Shown piece after piece: positions 19,449 to 29,698 of a DNA stretch of 64,000 nucleotides. The first letter of the stretch is position 1; each line of letters starts with the position of its first letter. The notes under the pieces are model-generated. The model did not search any database, was not told the DNA's origin, and saw only the letters and a program-made list of their open reading frames with translations. Both the position numbers and the translations under genes were made by a program. Source of the stretch: an uncultured Candidatus Saccharibacteria bacterium. GTDB lineage: Bacteria > Patescibacteriota > Minisyncoccia > Phycocordibacterales > UBA918. Location of the stretch: assembly GCA_964350735.1 (NCBI GenBank), contig CAYGKO010000001.1, positions 115,339 to 179,338 of the forward strand. Direction: 5' to 3'.

Positions 19449-19492
19449 AAACACAAAAGGCCGAAAGCGTACGCTTTCGGCCTTTTGTGTTT
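19449..19492. terminator. Bidirectional intrinsic terminator (convergent acidic gene and tyrS)
   Basis: aaacacaaaaggccgaaagcg-t-acgctttcggccttttgtgttt. Confidence 0.7.
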
Positions 19493-19495
19493 CGT

Positions 19496-20740
19496 CTACT
19501 CAATCGTCAGTACACACAGCTGCTTCTTCCCTCGTTTTAAGAGTGCTAAACCGTTGATGAATAACTCTGTACGCACTAGCGCTTCTACATCAGTCACCTT
19601 TTCACCGTTAATAGATACCGCCCCACTTTCAATAAATGTCCGGGCTTCTCGCTTACTCGAAGCTAATTCTGAATCAACTAGCACATCTACTAAATTACTC
19701 TCGGCTACTGTATTAAAGACAGGGGCATTCGTACGAAGCATCTCTTGTTCATCAACATCTAAATCTGCTACATCACCATTACCAAACAGTAATTCAGAAA
19801 CTTTAGCGGCTGCTGTGGCAGCTGCTGCGCCATGAACGAAAGTAGTCACTTCATCAGCTAGACGTTTTTGGGCAGCCCGAGCACCAGGGTTAGCCGCAAA
19901 ATCCTTCTCCAGAGTCTCAATTTCTTCTAATGAAACAAAAGTGAATCGTTTCAAAAAATCGATTACATTTTCATCAGCAGTGTTAAGCCAAAATTGATAG
20001 AACTGGTACGGACTAGTTTTCTCAGCATCAAGCCAAACTGCATTACCTTCACTTTTACCAAACTTTTTACCGGTTGTTTTATCAATTACTAACGCTTGCG
20101 TCAGAGCATGGACTGTTTTATGTTCTACTCGACGGATTAAATCAACTCCAGCCACAATATTCGCCCACTGATCTGAACCGCCTGTTTGCAAGTCACAACC
20201 ATACTGCCGGTGAAGCATTAGGTAGTCATACGCTTGTAAAAGGGGGTAAGCAAATTCCGTATACGAAATTCCCACCTCTGATTCCATGCGACGGGAAATA
20301 GCATCTTTTTTAACCAACTCATTGATAGTGAAATGCTTACCAATATCCCGCAAGAAATCAATCAAACCAACCTGACTCAGCCAGTCATTATTGTTTACAA
20401 ACTCAATATTCTTAGTACCAAGCAAATGTTCGGCTTGGGCTTTGAGTTTTGCTACATTAGTATCAATCACTGTAGTCGCAGTCAGTGTACGTTCTGCGTC
20501 AGGTTTTGGATCACCGATCCGGCCAGTACCGCCCCCAACAAGAAAAATTATCTTATGTCCGGCATTAGCAAGATGTCGTAATAAAATCCACTGTACAAAG
20601 TTTCCAGCATGAGCAGAATCAGCACTTGGATCTATCCCGTGGTACACCACTCGTTTCTGCTCATCTACAATTTCCTCAATGCTTTCACCAGCAATTTGAT
20701 TAATAAAACCTCTGACTTTTAATTCTTCTGATAGTTTCAT
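19496..20740 (-). CDS. tyrS: Tyrosine--tRNA ligase
   Basis: HIGH-like DPSADSAHAGN, KFGKS, C-terminal S4 domain; start at MKLSEELKVRGF (ATG 20738-20740). Confidence 0.9.
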   Translation of the reverse strand: MKLSEELKVRGFINQIAGESIEEIVDEQKRVVYHGIDPSADSAHAGNFVQWILLRHLANAGHKIIFLVGGGTGRIGDPKPDAERTLTATTVIDTNVAKLKAQAEHLLGTKNIEFVNNNDWLSQVGLIDFLRDIGKHFTINELVKKDAISRRMESEVGISYTEFAYPLLQAYDYLMLHRQYGCDLQTGGSDQWANIVAGVDLIRRVEHKTVHALTQALVIDKTTGKKFGKSEGNAVWLDAEKTSPYQFYQFWLNTADENVIDFLKRFTFVSLEEIETLEKDFAANPGARAAQKRLADEVTTFVHGAAAATAAAKVSELLFGNGDVADLDVDEQEMLRTNAPVFNTVAESNLVDVLVDSELASSKREARTFIESGAVSINGEKVTDVEALVRTELFINGLALLKRGKKQLCVLTIE

Positions 20741-20824
20741 AGTTTCATGTACTCTACCACACATCCGTAGCAATATATCTAGACAGGGCGTGCTACTATA
20801 GCTATATTGCTGAGCGAATACTCT

Positions 20825-23044
20825 ATGAAAAAGGTTAAAAAATGGCTTAAAAACAATTGGTTGGAAGTGTTGATAGACGGCACAATCGCTGTTTTTGTGA
20901 TTGGGTTACTCTCTGTGGGTGGAATTCTACTCTGGATTTCATCTTTTGATATTCCAGACCTCTCTTCATTTGAAGAACGGCGTATCCTCCAATCAACCAA
21001 GATTTATGACCGAACTGGTGAAATCCTTTTATATGACCTCCATCAAGATGTGAAACGTACTATTGTCCCCTACGATGAGATTTCGTATCACATCAAGAAT
21101 GCTACCGTCGCGATCGAAGACGATCAATTTTATGAGCATTTCGGGATCGACCTTATGGCCATTGCCCGCGCTGCTATCACCAACCTCACTCAGGGCGACC
21201 TACTGGGTGGACAAGGTGGCTCTACTATTACCCAACAAGTAATTAAAAACTCAGTTCTACAGCAAGAAAAGAAACTAACGCGAAAAATTAAAGAAGCAAT
21301 TCTTTCAATCCGCCTTGAACAAGTCCTCACGAAAGACGAAATTCTTGGTCATTACCTTAATGAATCTCCATATGGAGGAACTATTTATGGTGTCGAGGAA
21401 GCCAGCCAAGCTTTTTTTGGTAAGTCTTCTCGCGATATTACACTTCCTGAAGCAGCGTATCTATCAGCTCTTCCCCAAGCACCCACCTATCTTTCTCCTT
21501 ATGGGAACAATCGAACCGTGTTGGAGCGTCGTAAGAATTTAGTCTTAGACCGGATGCTCCTTAATGGTTTTATAAATGAGACTGAGCATGCATCTGCTAC
21601 TGAAGCAGTGATTGAATTTAAACCTCAGGCTGTCACCGGTATCCGTGCTCCGCACTTTGTGATGTATATCCGCGAACAACTTGCAGAGCAGTACGGTGAA
21701 GAAACGTTAGCCGAACGTGGCTTTAGAGTTATCACTACTCTCGACTGGGAACTACAGGAAGTAGCTGAAACTATCGTGGCAGAAAAAACAGTCATTAATG
21801 TAGAAAAATATGACGCTACCAACGCTGGATTGGTCGCAGTCGATCCCCAAACTGGTGACATTCTTACGATGGTTGGCTCACGTAATTATTTTGATAAAGA
21901 AATTGATGGAAACTTTAATGTCGCTCTCGCCCCTCGCCAGCCCGGATCTTCTATTAAACCGTATGTATACGCCTCAGCCTTTTCAAAAGGGTACACTCCA
22001 GAAACAATCCTTTATGATGTCCGCACCCAATTCGGGAGTGGATGTGAACCATGGGAAATATCTTCCAAATCACCTTGTTATTCACCAAGTAACTACAATA
22101 ATGTATTCGTCGGTCCAATCACTATGCGTAACGCTCTAGCGCAGTCTTTAAACATCCCCGCTGTTAAAACCCTGTACTTAACTGGACTTTCAGATGCTAT
22201 TAAAATAGCTGGTGACTTAGGGGTTACCACTTTAAATGACCCTGATCGACTGGGACTCACACTAGTGCTTGGTGGTGGTGAAGTTAAGTTACTTGAACAC
22301 GTTGGAGCTTATGGAACTTTTGCTAACGAGGGTGTGCTCGCTAAACGACGTTCCATTCTTCGAGTTGAAGATGCTCAAGGAAACCTTATTGATGAAAACC
22401 CTATTGTGACTGAGAGAATCCTTGACCGAGAAGTAGCCCTACAACTTACTGATGTATTATCAGATAATGTTGCTCGCTCTCCACTTTGGGGAAACTTTTC
22501 ATTAGTTAACTTTGGCGCTCGAGATGTGGCTCTAAAATCTGGTAGTACCAACAACCTTCGTGATGCTTGGCTTATGGGGTATGCACCAAATTTAGCTGTT
22601 GGGGTTTGGGTTGGAAATAATGACAACTCCCCTATGGGCGGTGGTCTATCTGGTCTTATCGCAACACCAATGTGGCGAGCATTTATGGATGAAGCCCTGG
22701 CTAAAATTCCAACCGAAAGTTTTGCCGAACCGAAAGCTCCGAGTGCTAACCTAAAACCTGTTTTACGTGGTCAAAATATTGATACAACAAAAATAATTAC
22801 TGATCTTATTTCTGAAGGTGGTGATGTGCGTGATCTAAATCTATCAACTTTAACTAATAACATTCATTCCATCTTACATTTTGTAATAAAAAAAGATCCA
22901 CAAGGAGCATACCCAACCAACCCACAACAAGACTCACAATATAAAAACTGGGAATATGCAGTTCAAAAATGGAAAGAGGAAGAATATGGTGCTTTATTGA
23001 ACTCAATTCAAAATGACGGAGAAGATAACGATGGAGAAAACTAA
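20825..23044 (+). CDS. Class A penicillin-binding protein (glycosyltransferase 51 + transpeptidase)
   Basis: EDDQFYEHFGID, GGSTITQQ, RKxxE GT51 motifs; SxxK (SSIK), SGN and KSG(S)T transpeptidase motifs. Confidence 0.85.
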   Translation: MKKVKKWLKNNWLEVLIDGTIAVFVIGLLSVGGILLWISSFDIPDLSSFEERRILQSTKIYDRTGEILLYDLHQDVKRTIVPYDEISYHIKNATVAIEDDQFYEHFGIDLMAIARAAITNLTQGDLLGGQGGSTITQQVIKNSVLQQEKKLTRKIKEAILSIRLEQVLTKDEILGHYLNESPYGGTIYGVEEASQAFFGKSSRDITLPEAAYLSALPQAPTYLSPYGNNRTVLERRKNLVLDRMLLNGFINETEHASATEAVIEFKPQAVTGIRAPHFVMYIREQLAEQYGEETLAERGFRVITTLDWELQEVAETIVAEKTVINVEKYDATNAGLVAVDPQTGDILTMVGSRNYFDKEIDGNFNVALAPRQPGSSIKPYVYASAFSKGYTPETILYDVRTQFGSGCEPWEISSKSPCYSPSNYNNVFVGPITMRNALAQSLNIPAVKTLYLTGLSDAIKIAGDLGVTTLNDPDRLGLTLVLGGGEVKLLEHVGAYGTFANEGVLAKRRSILRVEDAQGNLIDENPIVTERILDREVALQLTDVLSDNVARSPLWGNFSLVNFGARDVALKSGSTNNLRDAWLMGYAPNLAVGVWVGNNDNSPMGGGLSGLIATPMWRAFMDEALAKIPTESFAEPKAPSANLKPVLRGQNIDTTKIITDLISEGGDVRDLNLSTLTNNIHSILHFVIKKDPQGAYPTNPQQDSQYKNWEYAVQKWKEEEYGALLNSIQNDGEDNDGEN

Positions 23045-23361
23045 ATAAAGTCTTTCGGCGCCCCATCTGCACCTAGCCGTCCTTTTAAATGAGTGAGTAT
23101 CTCTTTTTTATGTAACAGAAGTTCTGATTTCAACGGCCCGCCAGATTTCAAAGTAATTATCCGAGTACTTGGTTTATATGACACATTACTCTCTTTAACT
23201 GCAATATCTAAAAGATCAGCTACAACCTCGACAAATGCTTTTCGCACACTTGCTTCTGGGGCTTTTAGAATGTTTTTATACTTAGCAAACAAATCCCCCA
23301 CCTTCACAACCTCACCACGACCAAACCTTCGCTGCTCTTTAGTTTTCTTAAAGGCAGACAT
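23041..23361 (-). CDS. Hypothetical protein downstream of dnaN (positionally DciA/DUF721-like, unverified)
   Basis: 106 aa basic protein; start overlaps the dnaN stop. Confidence 0.3.
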   Translation of the reverse strand: MSAFKKTKEQRRFGRGEVVKVGDLFAKYKNILKAPEASVRKAFVEVVADLLDIAVKESNVSYKPSTRIITLKSGGPLKSELLLHKKEILTHLKGRLGADGAPKDFI

Positions 23362-24455
23362 TACTTATTCATTGGCATCACAAGATATCGAAGTGACTTA
23401 TCATTCACTCCTTCCATCACCATTGGGCGTCCGATACCAGCCATATGTAATACGATACTATCGTCACTAATATGACTTAAAGGTTCTGATACATACCGCT
23501 GATTGAAACTTAAAGTGAGTTCATCACCTTCAGTACTTGCTCGTACGGATTCGGTAGTTGTTCCAACCTCACCACTATTAGCTGAGACTGTGATTGAGTC
23601 TTTTGTGACATGCACACCAACTTGAAAGAATTTATTTAAAAAGATATTCGTCTTCTTAAATGCGTGACTAAGATCATTTTTAACCAACGTTGAATGGGTG
23701 ACGTATTCTTTTGGAATAATCTGCTCATAATCCGGAAATGAGCCTGTGGTAAGACGTGAGGTTATGTATACCCCATCAGAAAATTCTAAAGAAAACTGAT
23801 TTTCATTAACTCGACAAACTGGGTCAGTATCTTTCATATCACAAACCCTCGATAATTCGACAGCATTCTTTTGTGGTAGTAATATTGACTCTTCAAAAAT
23901 AACTCCTTTTTGCGGCACTGTTTTCTCCATCAAACGAAACGAGTCTGTTGTAACAAAAGTAAGGCTTTGTTCTTTCTTTTGAAACACATAAATACTTCCA
24001 AGCTCTGGTTTAATTGAAGATTGTGAAGCAGCAAAGGCTGTTGTTTTTATACCTAGAGAGAATAAATTATTATTTATCACTTGTCCTTCGGTTGTAAGTC
24101 TCGGGATAGTTGGAAACTCTTCATGTGGAATACTTTTAAGCGTGGTTTCAGAACCAGTCCCTTCAACTACTAGCGAATTATCTTCAACTTTTAAGGTAAC
24201 TTCTTTTTGAGTATGAAGATTTATTATTTGAATCAAGGTACTAGCCGGAACGGCAACACAACCAGTCTCAACAATAGTTGCTTTGATTTCAGTTTCAATC
24301 CCTATTTCAAGATTTGTTGCTTTAAGTACACACGTCCCTTTATTCACTTCAAATACCACACATTGAAGAACTGGGAGTGTTACATGTTTTGTACTAACTC
24401 TTCCAACGAGATCTAATTTTTCTTTTAACTCCAAAGTATCAACCGTAATGTGCAT
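23361..24455 (-). CDS. dnaN: DNA polymerase III beta sliding clamp
   Basis: 364 aa, three-domain clamp pattern, position downstream of dnaA. Confidence 0.85.
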   Translation of the reverse strand: MHITVDTLELKEKLDLVGRVSTKHVTLPVLQCVVFEVNKGTCVLKATNLEIGIETEIKATIVETGCVAVPASTLIQIINLHTQKEVTLKVEDNSLVVEGTGSETTLKSIPHEEFPTIPRLTTEGQVINNNLFSLGIKTTAFAASQSSIKPELGSIYVFQKKEQSLTFVTTDSFRLMEKTVPQKGVIFEESILLPQKNAVELSRVCDMKDTDPVCRVNENQFSLEFSDGVYITSRLTTGSFPDYEQIIPKEYVTHSTLVKNDLSHAFKKTNIFLNKFFQVGVHVTKDSITVSANSGEVGTTTESVRASTEGDELTLSFNQRYVSEPLSHISDDSIVLHMAGIGRPMVMEGVNDKSLRYLVMPMNK

Positions 24456-24791
24456 AGCTGTGCATTAATTTTTTATTTAAAACTATTATACGCTGTATTA
24501 TTAGCCCTGTGGATCTGTGTATATCTCAAATCTATGGCCTACTACATAGCTATATTTTAAGCCTTATTTTTGGTAACTACTCGAACTACTAATCCAAAAC
24601 TGTTGATTGTCTGTGTATAAGTGAGGTGGTTTTCTGTTTCTGGGGATAAGGTAGGTAGTTTTCCTCAGGGACGCAGTAGTTGTTGTAATTGTTTTAATAA
24701 ACTTGTCCCGACTGTACGCAGTACTTACTCAAGTTTTATACCCACATAGTAGTGGATAAGAAAAATGCTGACTTGTAAGTCAGCATTTTTC
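24456..24791. promoter_or_regulatory. Candidate oriC: AT-rich dnaA-dnaN spacer with DnaA-box-like 9-mers
   Basis: TGTGGATCT (24508), TGTGTATAT (24516), TGTGTATAA (24612), TGGGGATAA (24641), AGTGGATAA (24751), against the consensus TGTGGATAA. Confidence 0.45.
24761..24790 (-). terminator. Hairpin with flanking A/T runs directly after the dnaA stop
   Basis: aaaaatgctgacttgtaagtcagcattttt. Confidence 0.55.
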
Positions 24792-26207
24792 TTATTTGAG
24801 TAGGAGTCTAATTTGCGTAATTTCTTCTTCGAGCTCGTTGTTATCTTTAAGGTCATTTTTTACCTTTTCACATGAGTGAATTACAGTTGTATGATCACGA
24901 CCCCCCATTTTTTGTCCAATGGCTGGGTATGAGACTTGGAAATCTTCACGCAAGATATACATAATGAGCTGGCGAGGCTTCACTACCTCTTTACGACGAG
25001 TTTTTTCGTAGATTGATGACGGATCAATGTCGAAGTAGCGAGCGACTTTATCTACGACATCAGAAACAGCGAGGGTTTTCCGAGGCCGGGTGCTATTTTT
25101 GATGATCTGTTTTACCTCATCAAGTGAAAGGGTCCGCCCAAGTAGTTGTGACTGACACATAATAGTGTTTAAAGCTCCTTCTAATTCTCGGATGTTCCCT
25201 TCAATGGTGTGCGCAAGATGTTCGACCACATCGTCACTAAGTGAAATACTATTTTGAGCTGCTTTAGCTTTAAGGATTGCTGCTCGCGATTCGAGATCTG
25301 GCGCTGGGATATCAACAATCATCCCTTGAGCGAAGCGCGACTGTAGTCGTTCTTCCATTCCATTAAGTAACGCTGGGTGGATGTCACTTGAAAATACAAT
25401 TTGTTTGTTTGTGTCGTGTAGAGCATTAAACAGGTGAAATAATTCCTCCTGCGTCTTCTCTTTGTTAGTTAAAAACTGGACATCATCCATGATAAGAGCA
25501 TCATATTGACGGTACTTGTCTTTGAAGCTATTGGCGGTTCCGTTTTGTAGAGAGTTGAAATAATCAACAGTAAACCGCTCACTCGTGACATAAAATACTT
25601 TTTTACCCTGTCGCTTCAGGTGATTGCCTACTGCCTGGATGAGGTGGGTTTTACCATGGCCGGTTTTACCGTAGATAAACAATGGATTATAAGTGATACC
25701 TGGTTTTTCACTCACTGTTTTTGCTGCAGTATGAGCTAAAGCATTAAAAGGTCCGATTACAAACGTGTCAAAAATATACTTCGGGTTAAGGTTGTCACTC
25801 TTATTGATGTAATACTCCTCTAGGGGTAGGGCTGCGTTTACGGTTTGTTGTTTTGTTTCTTGCCGCTTGTCATTTCGTTGTACGACAGCGTACTCAATGC
25901 TTCGCACGTGTGGAGTGAGGTCCCGCAGGGTTTTAAGGATGAGTGACTGGAATTTATCCGAAAGCCAATCTCGGACAAATACACTCGGGACACCGATAGT
26001 GATAGTTCCGTCTTCAAGCGAAACAATGTGGGTATCTTTAAACCAAGTTTTGAAATTGGCGGGAGTAATTGAAAGTTCGACAGAGACTAAAGCATCATCC
26101 CACAGCTTTTTTACATCAACTTGTTCAGTTTCAATGATGCTATTACGAGACGAAGAGTGTGTAGTGGGATTCATACCAATCAAACAGACGTTTAAGGTAA
26201 GAAGCAT
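24792..26207 (-). CDS. dnaA: Chromosomal replication initiator DnaA
   Basis: GKTGHGKTHL Walker A, AAA+ box, C-terminal HTH (HTTVIHSCEKV); alternative start at 26174. Confidence 0.9.
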   Translation of the reverse strand: MLLTLNVCLIGMNPTTHSSSRNSIIETEQVDVKKLWDDALVSVELSITPANFKTWFKDTHIVSLEDGTITIGVPSVFVRDWLSDKFQSLILKTLRDLTPHVRSIEYAVVQRNDKRQETKQQTVNAALPLEEYYINKSDNLNPKYIFDTFVIGPFNALAHTAAKTVSEKPGITYNPLFIYGKTGHGKTHLIQAVGNHLKRQGKKVFYVTSERFTVDYFNSLQNGTANSFKDKYRQYDALIMDDVQFLTNKEKTQEELFHLFNALHDTNKQIVFSSDIHPALLNGMEERLQSRFAQGMIVDIPAPDLESRAAILKAKAAQNSISLSDDVVEHLAHTIEGNIRELEGALNTIMCQSQLLGRTLSLDEVKQIIKNSTRPRKTLAVSDVVDKVARYFDIDPSSIYEKTRRKEVVKPRQLIMYILREDFQVSYPAIGQKMGGRDHTTVIHSCEKVKNDLKDNNELEEEITQIRLLLK

Positions 26208-26388
26208 TATACGCGTCTTCAGGCGGCTGTAAACTTTTCGAGTAAAAACTTTTGTTTTTCTATACGCTGCACGTCAAGTGTGTATAACTTGTGTAAAACA
26301 TATGTATAAGTTTTTCGGGTGTACTTCTTATTATTTCCTATTGAAAAAATATTTGTTTCCTGTATAGTACCCCGGTAATAAAACGTAT

Positions 26389-26538
26389 ATGCCTAAACGA
26401 ACCTATCAACCGAGCCAAAAAAAGCGCATGACTACTCATGGCTTCTTGGTTCGTTCAAAAAGTAAGAATGGCGCAGCTATTCTAAAGCGCCGCCGACAAA
26501 AGGGTCGAGCACAGCTTACAGTGAAAAAGAGTCGCTAA
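26389..26538 (+). CDS. rpmH: 50S ribosomal protein L34
   Basis: 49-aa ORF not in the ORF track: [45 protein letters not shown]; classical rpmH-rnpA-yidC order. Confidence 0.85.
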   Translation: MPKRTYQPSQKKRMTTHGFLVRSKSKNGAAILKRRRQKGRAQLTVKKSR

Positions 26539-26550
26539 GCGACTCTTTTT
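26524..26550 (+). terminator. Hairpin overlapping the rpmH stop (aaaaagagtcgc-taa-gcgactcttttt)
   Basis: Perfect stem with T-run; probably an attenuating terminator before rnpA. Confidence 0.5.
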
Positions 26551-26586
26551 CGTAGTGGTATATACTACATTCAACGTCAACTACGT

Positions 26587-26925
26587 ATGTTGAAGAAAAC
26601 TGAGCGTCTCACAAAAAAAGAGTTTGATAAGTATTTTAAGTCTGGAAAGCGCATCCATGGTGATTTATTACAACTCATCTATTCCCCGGCTATAAATTTT
26701 AATGGAGCTGTTGTCGTCGGAAAGAAGGTACATAAAAAGGCTGTCGACCGAAACAAGCAGCGTCGTCGAATTTATAATGCGTTATATCAAATACATACAG
26801 ATCAAGAACTGAGAGGGGTGTATATCTGTATAGCAAAACCTAAAGCCGCTACAGCTTCATATTCTGACTTTAAAACTGAGCTTCTGAGTGCTATTGGTCG
26901 CCTCCATAAAACTAAGGTAGAATAG
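26587..26925 (+). CDS. rnpA: Ribonuclease P protein component
   Basis: 112 aa basic protein; RNR-like motif KKAVDRNKQRRR; synteny. Confidence 0.8.
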   Translation: MLKKTERLTKKEFDKYFKSGKRIHGDLLQLIYSPAINFNGAVVVGKKVHKKAVDRNKQRRRIYNALYQIHTDQELRGVYICIAKPKAATASYSDFKTELLSAIGRLHKTKVE

Positions 26926-26932
26926 CCGCATT

Positions 26933-27670
26933 ATGTTTAGTTATATTTGGCACACGTTTTTCTTCGACCCAGTGTACAACGGTCTAGTTTTCTTCATTGA
27001 TATTATTCCTGGCGGCGATATTGGTTTAGCCATCATCGCGATTACAGTAGTGGTGAAGTTGCTCTTACTCCCTCTCTCAGTGAAAGCGGCCAAGACGCAG
27101 GTGATTATGCGCGAGTTGGAGCCAAAGCTTAAAGAGATCAAAGAGAAGTTTAAAGATAAGCGTGAAGAACAAGCGCGAGCGATGATGGATCTGTATAAAG
27201 AAGCTGGACTGAATCCGTTTGCCAGTATCCTTCTAATTTTGATTCAGTTGCCAATTATTTTTGCCCTCTACTTTTCAGTTTATAGTGGTGGTGGTGTAGC
27301 GTTGCCTGAAATCAACACGGCTCTTTTATATAGTTTTATTCCCACTCCTGAGTTTGTCAGTATGATCTTCTTAGGAACGATTGATATAGCAGCTAAAAGC
27401 TGGCCCCTTGCCCTCTTAGCTGGAGTCACGCAGTTTATTCAATCACACCTAGCTATTCCTAAACCTACTCCTCGTGAACCAGGGGCTGAGCCAAGTCTTA
27501 AAGATGACTTTGCGCGTAGTATGCAGCTCCAAATGCGCTATGTAATGCCTGTGTTGATTGGTTTTGTAGCGTACTACATCTCAGCCGCCATCGCTCTATA
27601 TTTTGTAGTCAGTAATATCGTTGCTATCGCTCAAGAGCTGTACGTTCGAAAGTACAAGAGACAGAATTAA
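26933..27670 (+). CDS. yidC: Membrane protein insertase YidC (short Oxa1-like form)
   Basis: 245 aa; the conserved YidC helices and synteny after rnpA. Confidence 0.8.
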   Translation: MFSYIWHTFFFDPVYNGLVFFIDIIPGGDIGLAIIAITVVVKLLLLPLSVKAAKTQVIMRELEPKLKEIKEKFKDKREEQARAMMDLYKEAGLNPFASILLILIQLPIIFALYFSVYSGGGVALPEINTALLYSFIPTPEFVSMIFLGTIDIAAKSWPLALLAGVTQFIQSHLAIPKPTPREPGAEPSLKDDFARSMQLQMRYVMPVLIGFVAYYISAAIALYFVVSNIVAIAQELYVRKYKRQN

Positions 27671-28512
27671 GGTTTTACACAAACATATTCTGTTAGAGAA
27701 CCGACGGTCATTTCTCTTATTTCATTACCGGTTTCAGTTGCAAGTGTGGCACCTTCACATTCGTCATACCAAATATCTATAATTTCATTCTTCTCATCAA
27801 TTGATCGGCCTTCAAATTCACTAACATTAAATCTTTTAACTACTGATTTAAACTCACCAGCCTCAATTCTTTTTTGCTCTTCTTCAGCAATCACTTCACG
27901 CTCTTCTTTTGTTTTAGATAGGGTTCCAAAACTACTATCGATACACTCATATCCACTGGGAATACTGGGGTTTTTGGTATAAGTTTGATTGCAGCCACAT
28001 ACACCACCTGCTTTGGATTGGTCACAGGCTGCGTCTCGTTCTGCCCTGAATTCTATCCCCACCTCCCCCCGCGCATTAAACACACAGCCCGGCTTTGGGT
28101 TATTAGGGTCTGAAGAATCCTTCGGGCTACATATCTCTTCTAAGGCTGTAAAGTCTGTCAGCTTTGGATTAATGGTCTCTAAAATTAACACTGCTCCCAG
28201 CACAATCAGTAACCCTAACAACGCACCTTGAATTTGCTTCTTAGCCGCTCCTTTATCAGTTACCACGTCACTCAACATGTACTGAACACCAGCTAAAATG
28301 ATTCGGACTACCGCTAAGAACGCAGCGACTGAGATAGATAGAATGTAGAGTGCGTTGATGTAGCCAGCGGTAGAGAGATTGTTGGGATCGAGGCCGGGGA
28401 TGCCGACGAGTTGCACAAACCCCTCAGCCAAAACAAAATTTGGTAGGAGTAATAAAAAATTAATGAGGATTATTTTAGGAACCAATGAGATCATATTGCC
28501 AAAGTGTGCCAT
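27667..28512 (-). CDS. VirB2/TrbC-topology pilin-like protein A with Cys-rich C-terminal extension
   Basis: Signal peptide, two TM helices (ALYILSISVAAFLAVVRIILAG / ALLGLLIVLGAVLIL) separated by a short basic loop, then about 140 aa with 8 Cys; the core is 100% identical to paralogue B. Confidence 0.45.
   Translation of the reverse strand: MAHFGNMISLVPKIILINFLLLLPNFVLAEGFVQLVGIPGLDPNNLSTAGYINALYILSISVAAFLAVVRIILAGVQYMLSDVVTDKGAAKKQIQGALLGLLIVLGAVLILETINPKLTDFTALEEICSPKDSSDPNNPKPGCVFNARGEVGIEFRAERDAACDQSKAGGVCGCNQTYTKNPSIPSGYECIDSSFGTLSKTKEEREVIAEEEQKRIEAGEFKSVVKRFNVSEFEGRSIDEKNEIIDIWYDECEGATLATETGNEIREMTVGSLTEYVCVKP
28067..28411. repeat. 345-bp perfect direct repeat, copy 1 (inside pilin A)
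   Basis: Identical base for base to 30057-30401, checked line by line. Confidence 0.9.
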
Positions 28513-29641
28513 CAATTTTATTTACAAAATATAATACCCCACCCTCTTCATTCATCTGAGTAACATCAATCGGTCGATTAGAGGTGCTAAAAAGATCAAT
28601 TTTTAAGGTAGATATTCCAGTTACTAAGTTAGTTTCCCAAATAATATCTTGTGAGTTTCTATTTCCTTTATACCAATTTTCGATATAGTCCGGAGTAAGC
28701 TGTTCGGATGGTGATGCACACCATAGTGTACTGCCAATTGCGTCGCATTTTTCCGGCAGAGGTACTATCGCTAATTCAATTAAGTCAGGAAATATTTGAG
28801 CACGAGCGACTCCATATAATACTTCACCATCAGTTTCTGTAGTGATGAAATGGTCGCTGGTTGGAAACCCAACAAAACCAAAACTACTTGGAGTGACTGC
28901 TTCGAGGCTATTATTAGTTGCTTTGTATAAACTTCCTTCTAATAACTCACTCGACTTTGGATGCACAAAAACTTCTGACCCACTTTGGTAGATAATCACA
29001 TCTTGTAAACTCAGGCTCTGACTTTGGTTTTGTTCGAGCGTCTCACCATTAAAGGTAAATAACCCACTCCCCGTAGTAGTATTGGTTGAGTAACTAATCG
29101 TATTATCCCCAACAGATATATTCTCTATATTAATTGGTAGTGATCGACCAACAACAGAACCACTGCTGCCAGAGATTTCTATCCTTCCGAAAAATGTTTC
29201 ACGGATATATCCAGATTCGGATACTAAGGCCACGTATTCACCGCTGGTTGAAAAATAGGCTTCAGTGACTCGAGGAATAGTGGTGCCTGAGATTCGTCTC
29301 TCTTCCCCAGAGTCTAGGTTAATTTCGTAAATATGCCCAGTTCCATTCTCTGCGTATCGCACAAATAAAGAGGAAGTGCTTGAAACCACAGTGAAGCCTG
29401 CTACCGGCCGGAGCGTTAGTTGGCGGAGCGCTTCGCCAGAAACATCAATTAATACATCAGGATCTGGATTAACAGGATCAATCAAAATTGGATTTTCTGG
29501 TTGCTCTGTAATATCAAAACCAAAGTTTGAGAAGATACTCGTCCCAGTCTCATCAGTGTTAAAGAACATTAAGTATGCCCATAGCCCTAGTACTAGGAAT
29601 ATTACGACTATTCCAGCGATAATAAAAAGAGGTTTTTTCAC
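28475..29641 (-). CDS. N-terminally anchored beta-propeller-like protein (TolB/PD40-like repeats), T4SS-cluster member
   Basis: GTG start, TM anchor MKKPLFIIAGIVVIFLVLGLWAYL, then repeated beta-strand-rich blocks; sits between the two pilin paralogues. Confidence 0.4.
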   Translation of the reverse strand: MKKPLFIIAGIVVIFLVLGLWAYLMFFNTDETGTSIFSNFGFDITEQPENPILIDPVNPDPDVLIDVSGEALRQLTLRPVAGFTVVSSTSSLFVRYAENGTGHIYEINLDSGEERRISGTTIPRVTEAYFSTSGEYVALVSESGYIRETFFGRIEISGSSGSVVGRSLPINIENISVGDNTISYSTNTTTGSGLFTFNGETLEQNQSQSLSLQDVIIYQSGSEVFVHPKSSELLEGSLYKATNNSLEAVTPSSFGFVGFPTSDHFITTETDGEVLYGVARAQIFPDLIELAIVPLPEKCDAIGSTLWCASPSEQLTPDYIENWYKGNRNSQDIIWETNLVTGISTLKIDLFSTSNRPIDVTQMNEEGGVLYFVNKIDGTLWQYDLIGS

Positions 29642-29698
29642 GTATATAGTATACCAAGCTAGTTAACGGTAGTTTTGTATCATTCGGGATAGGTATTG

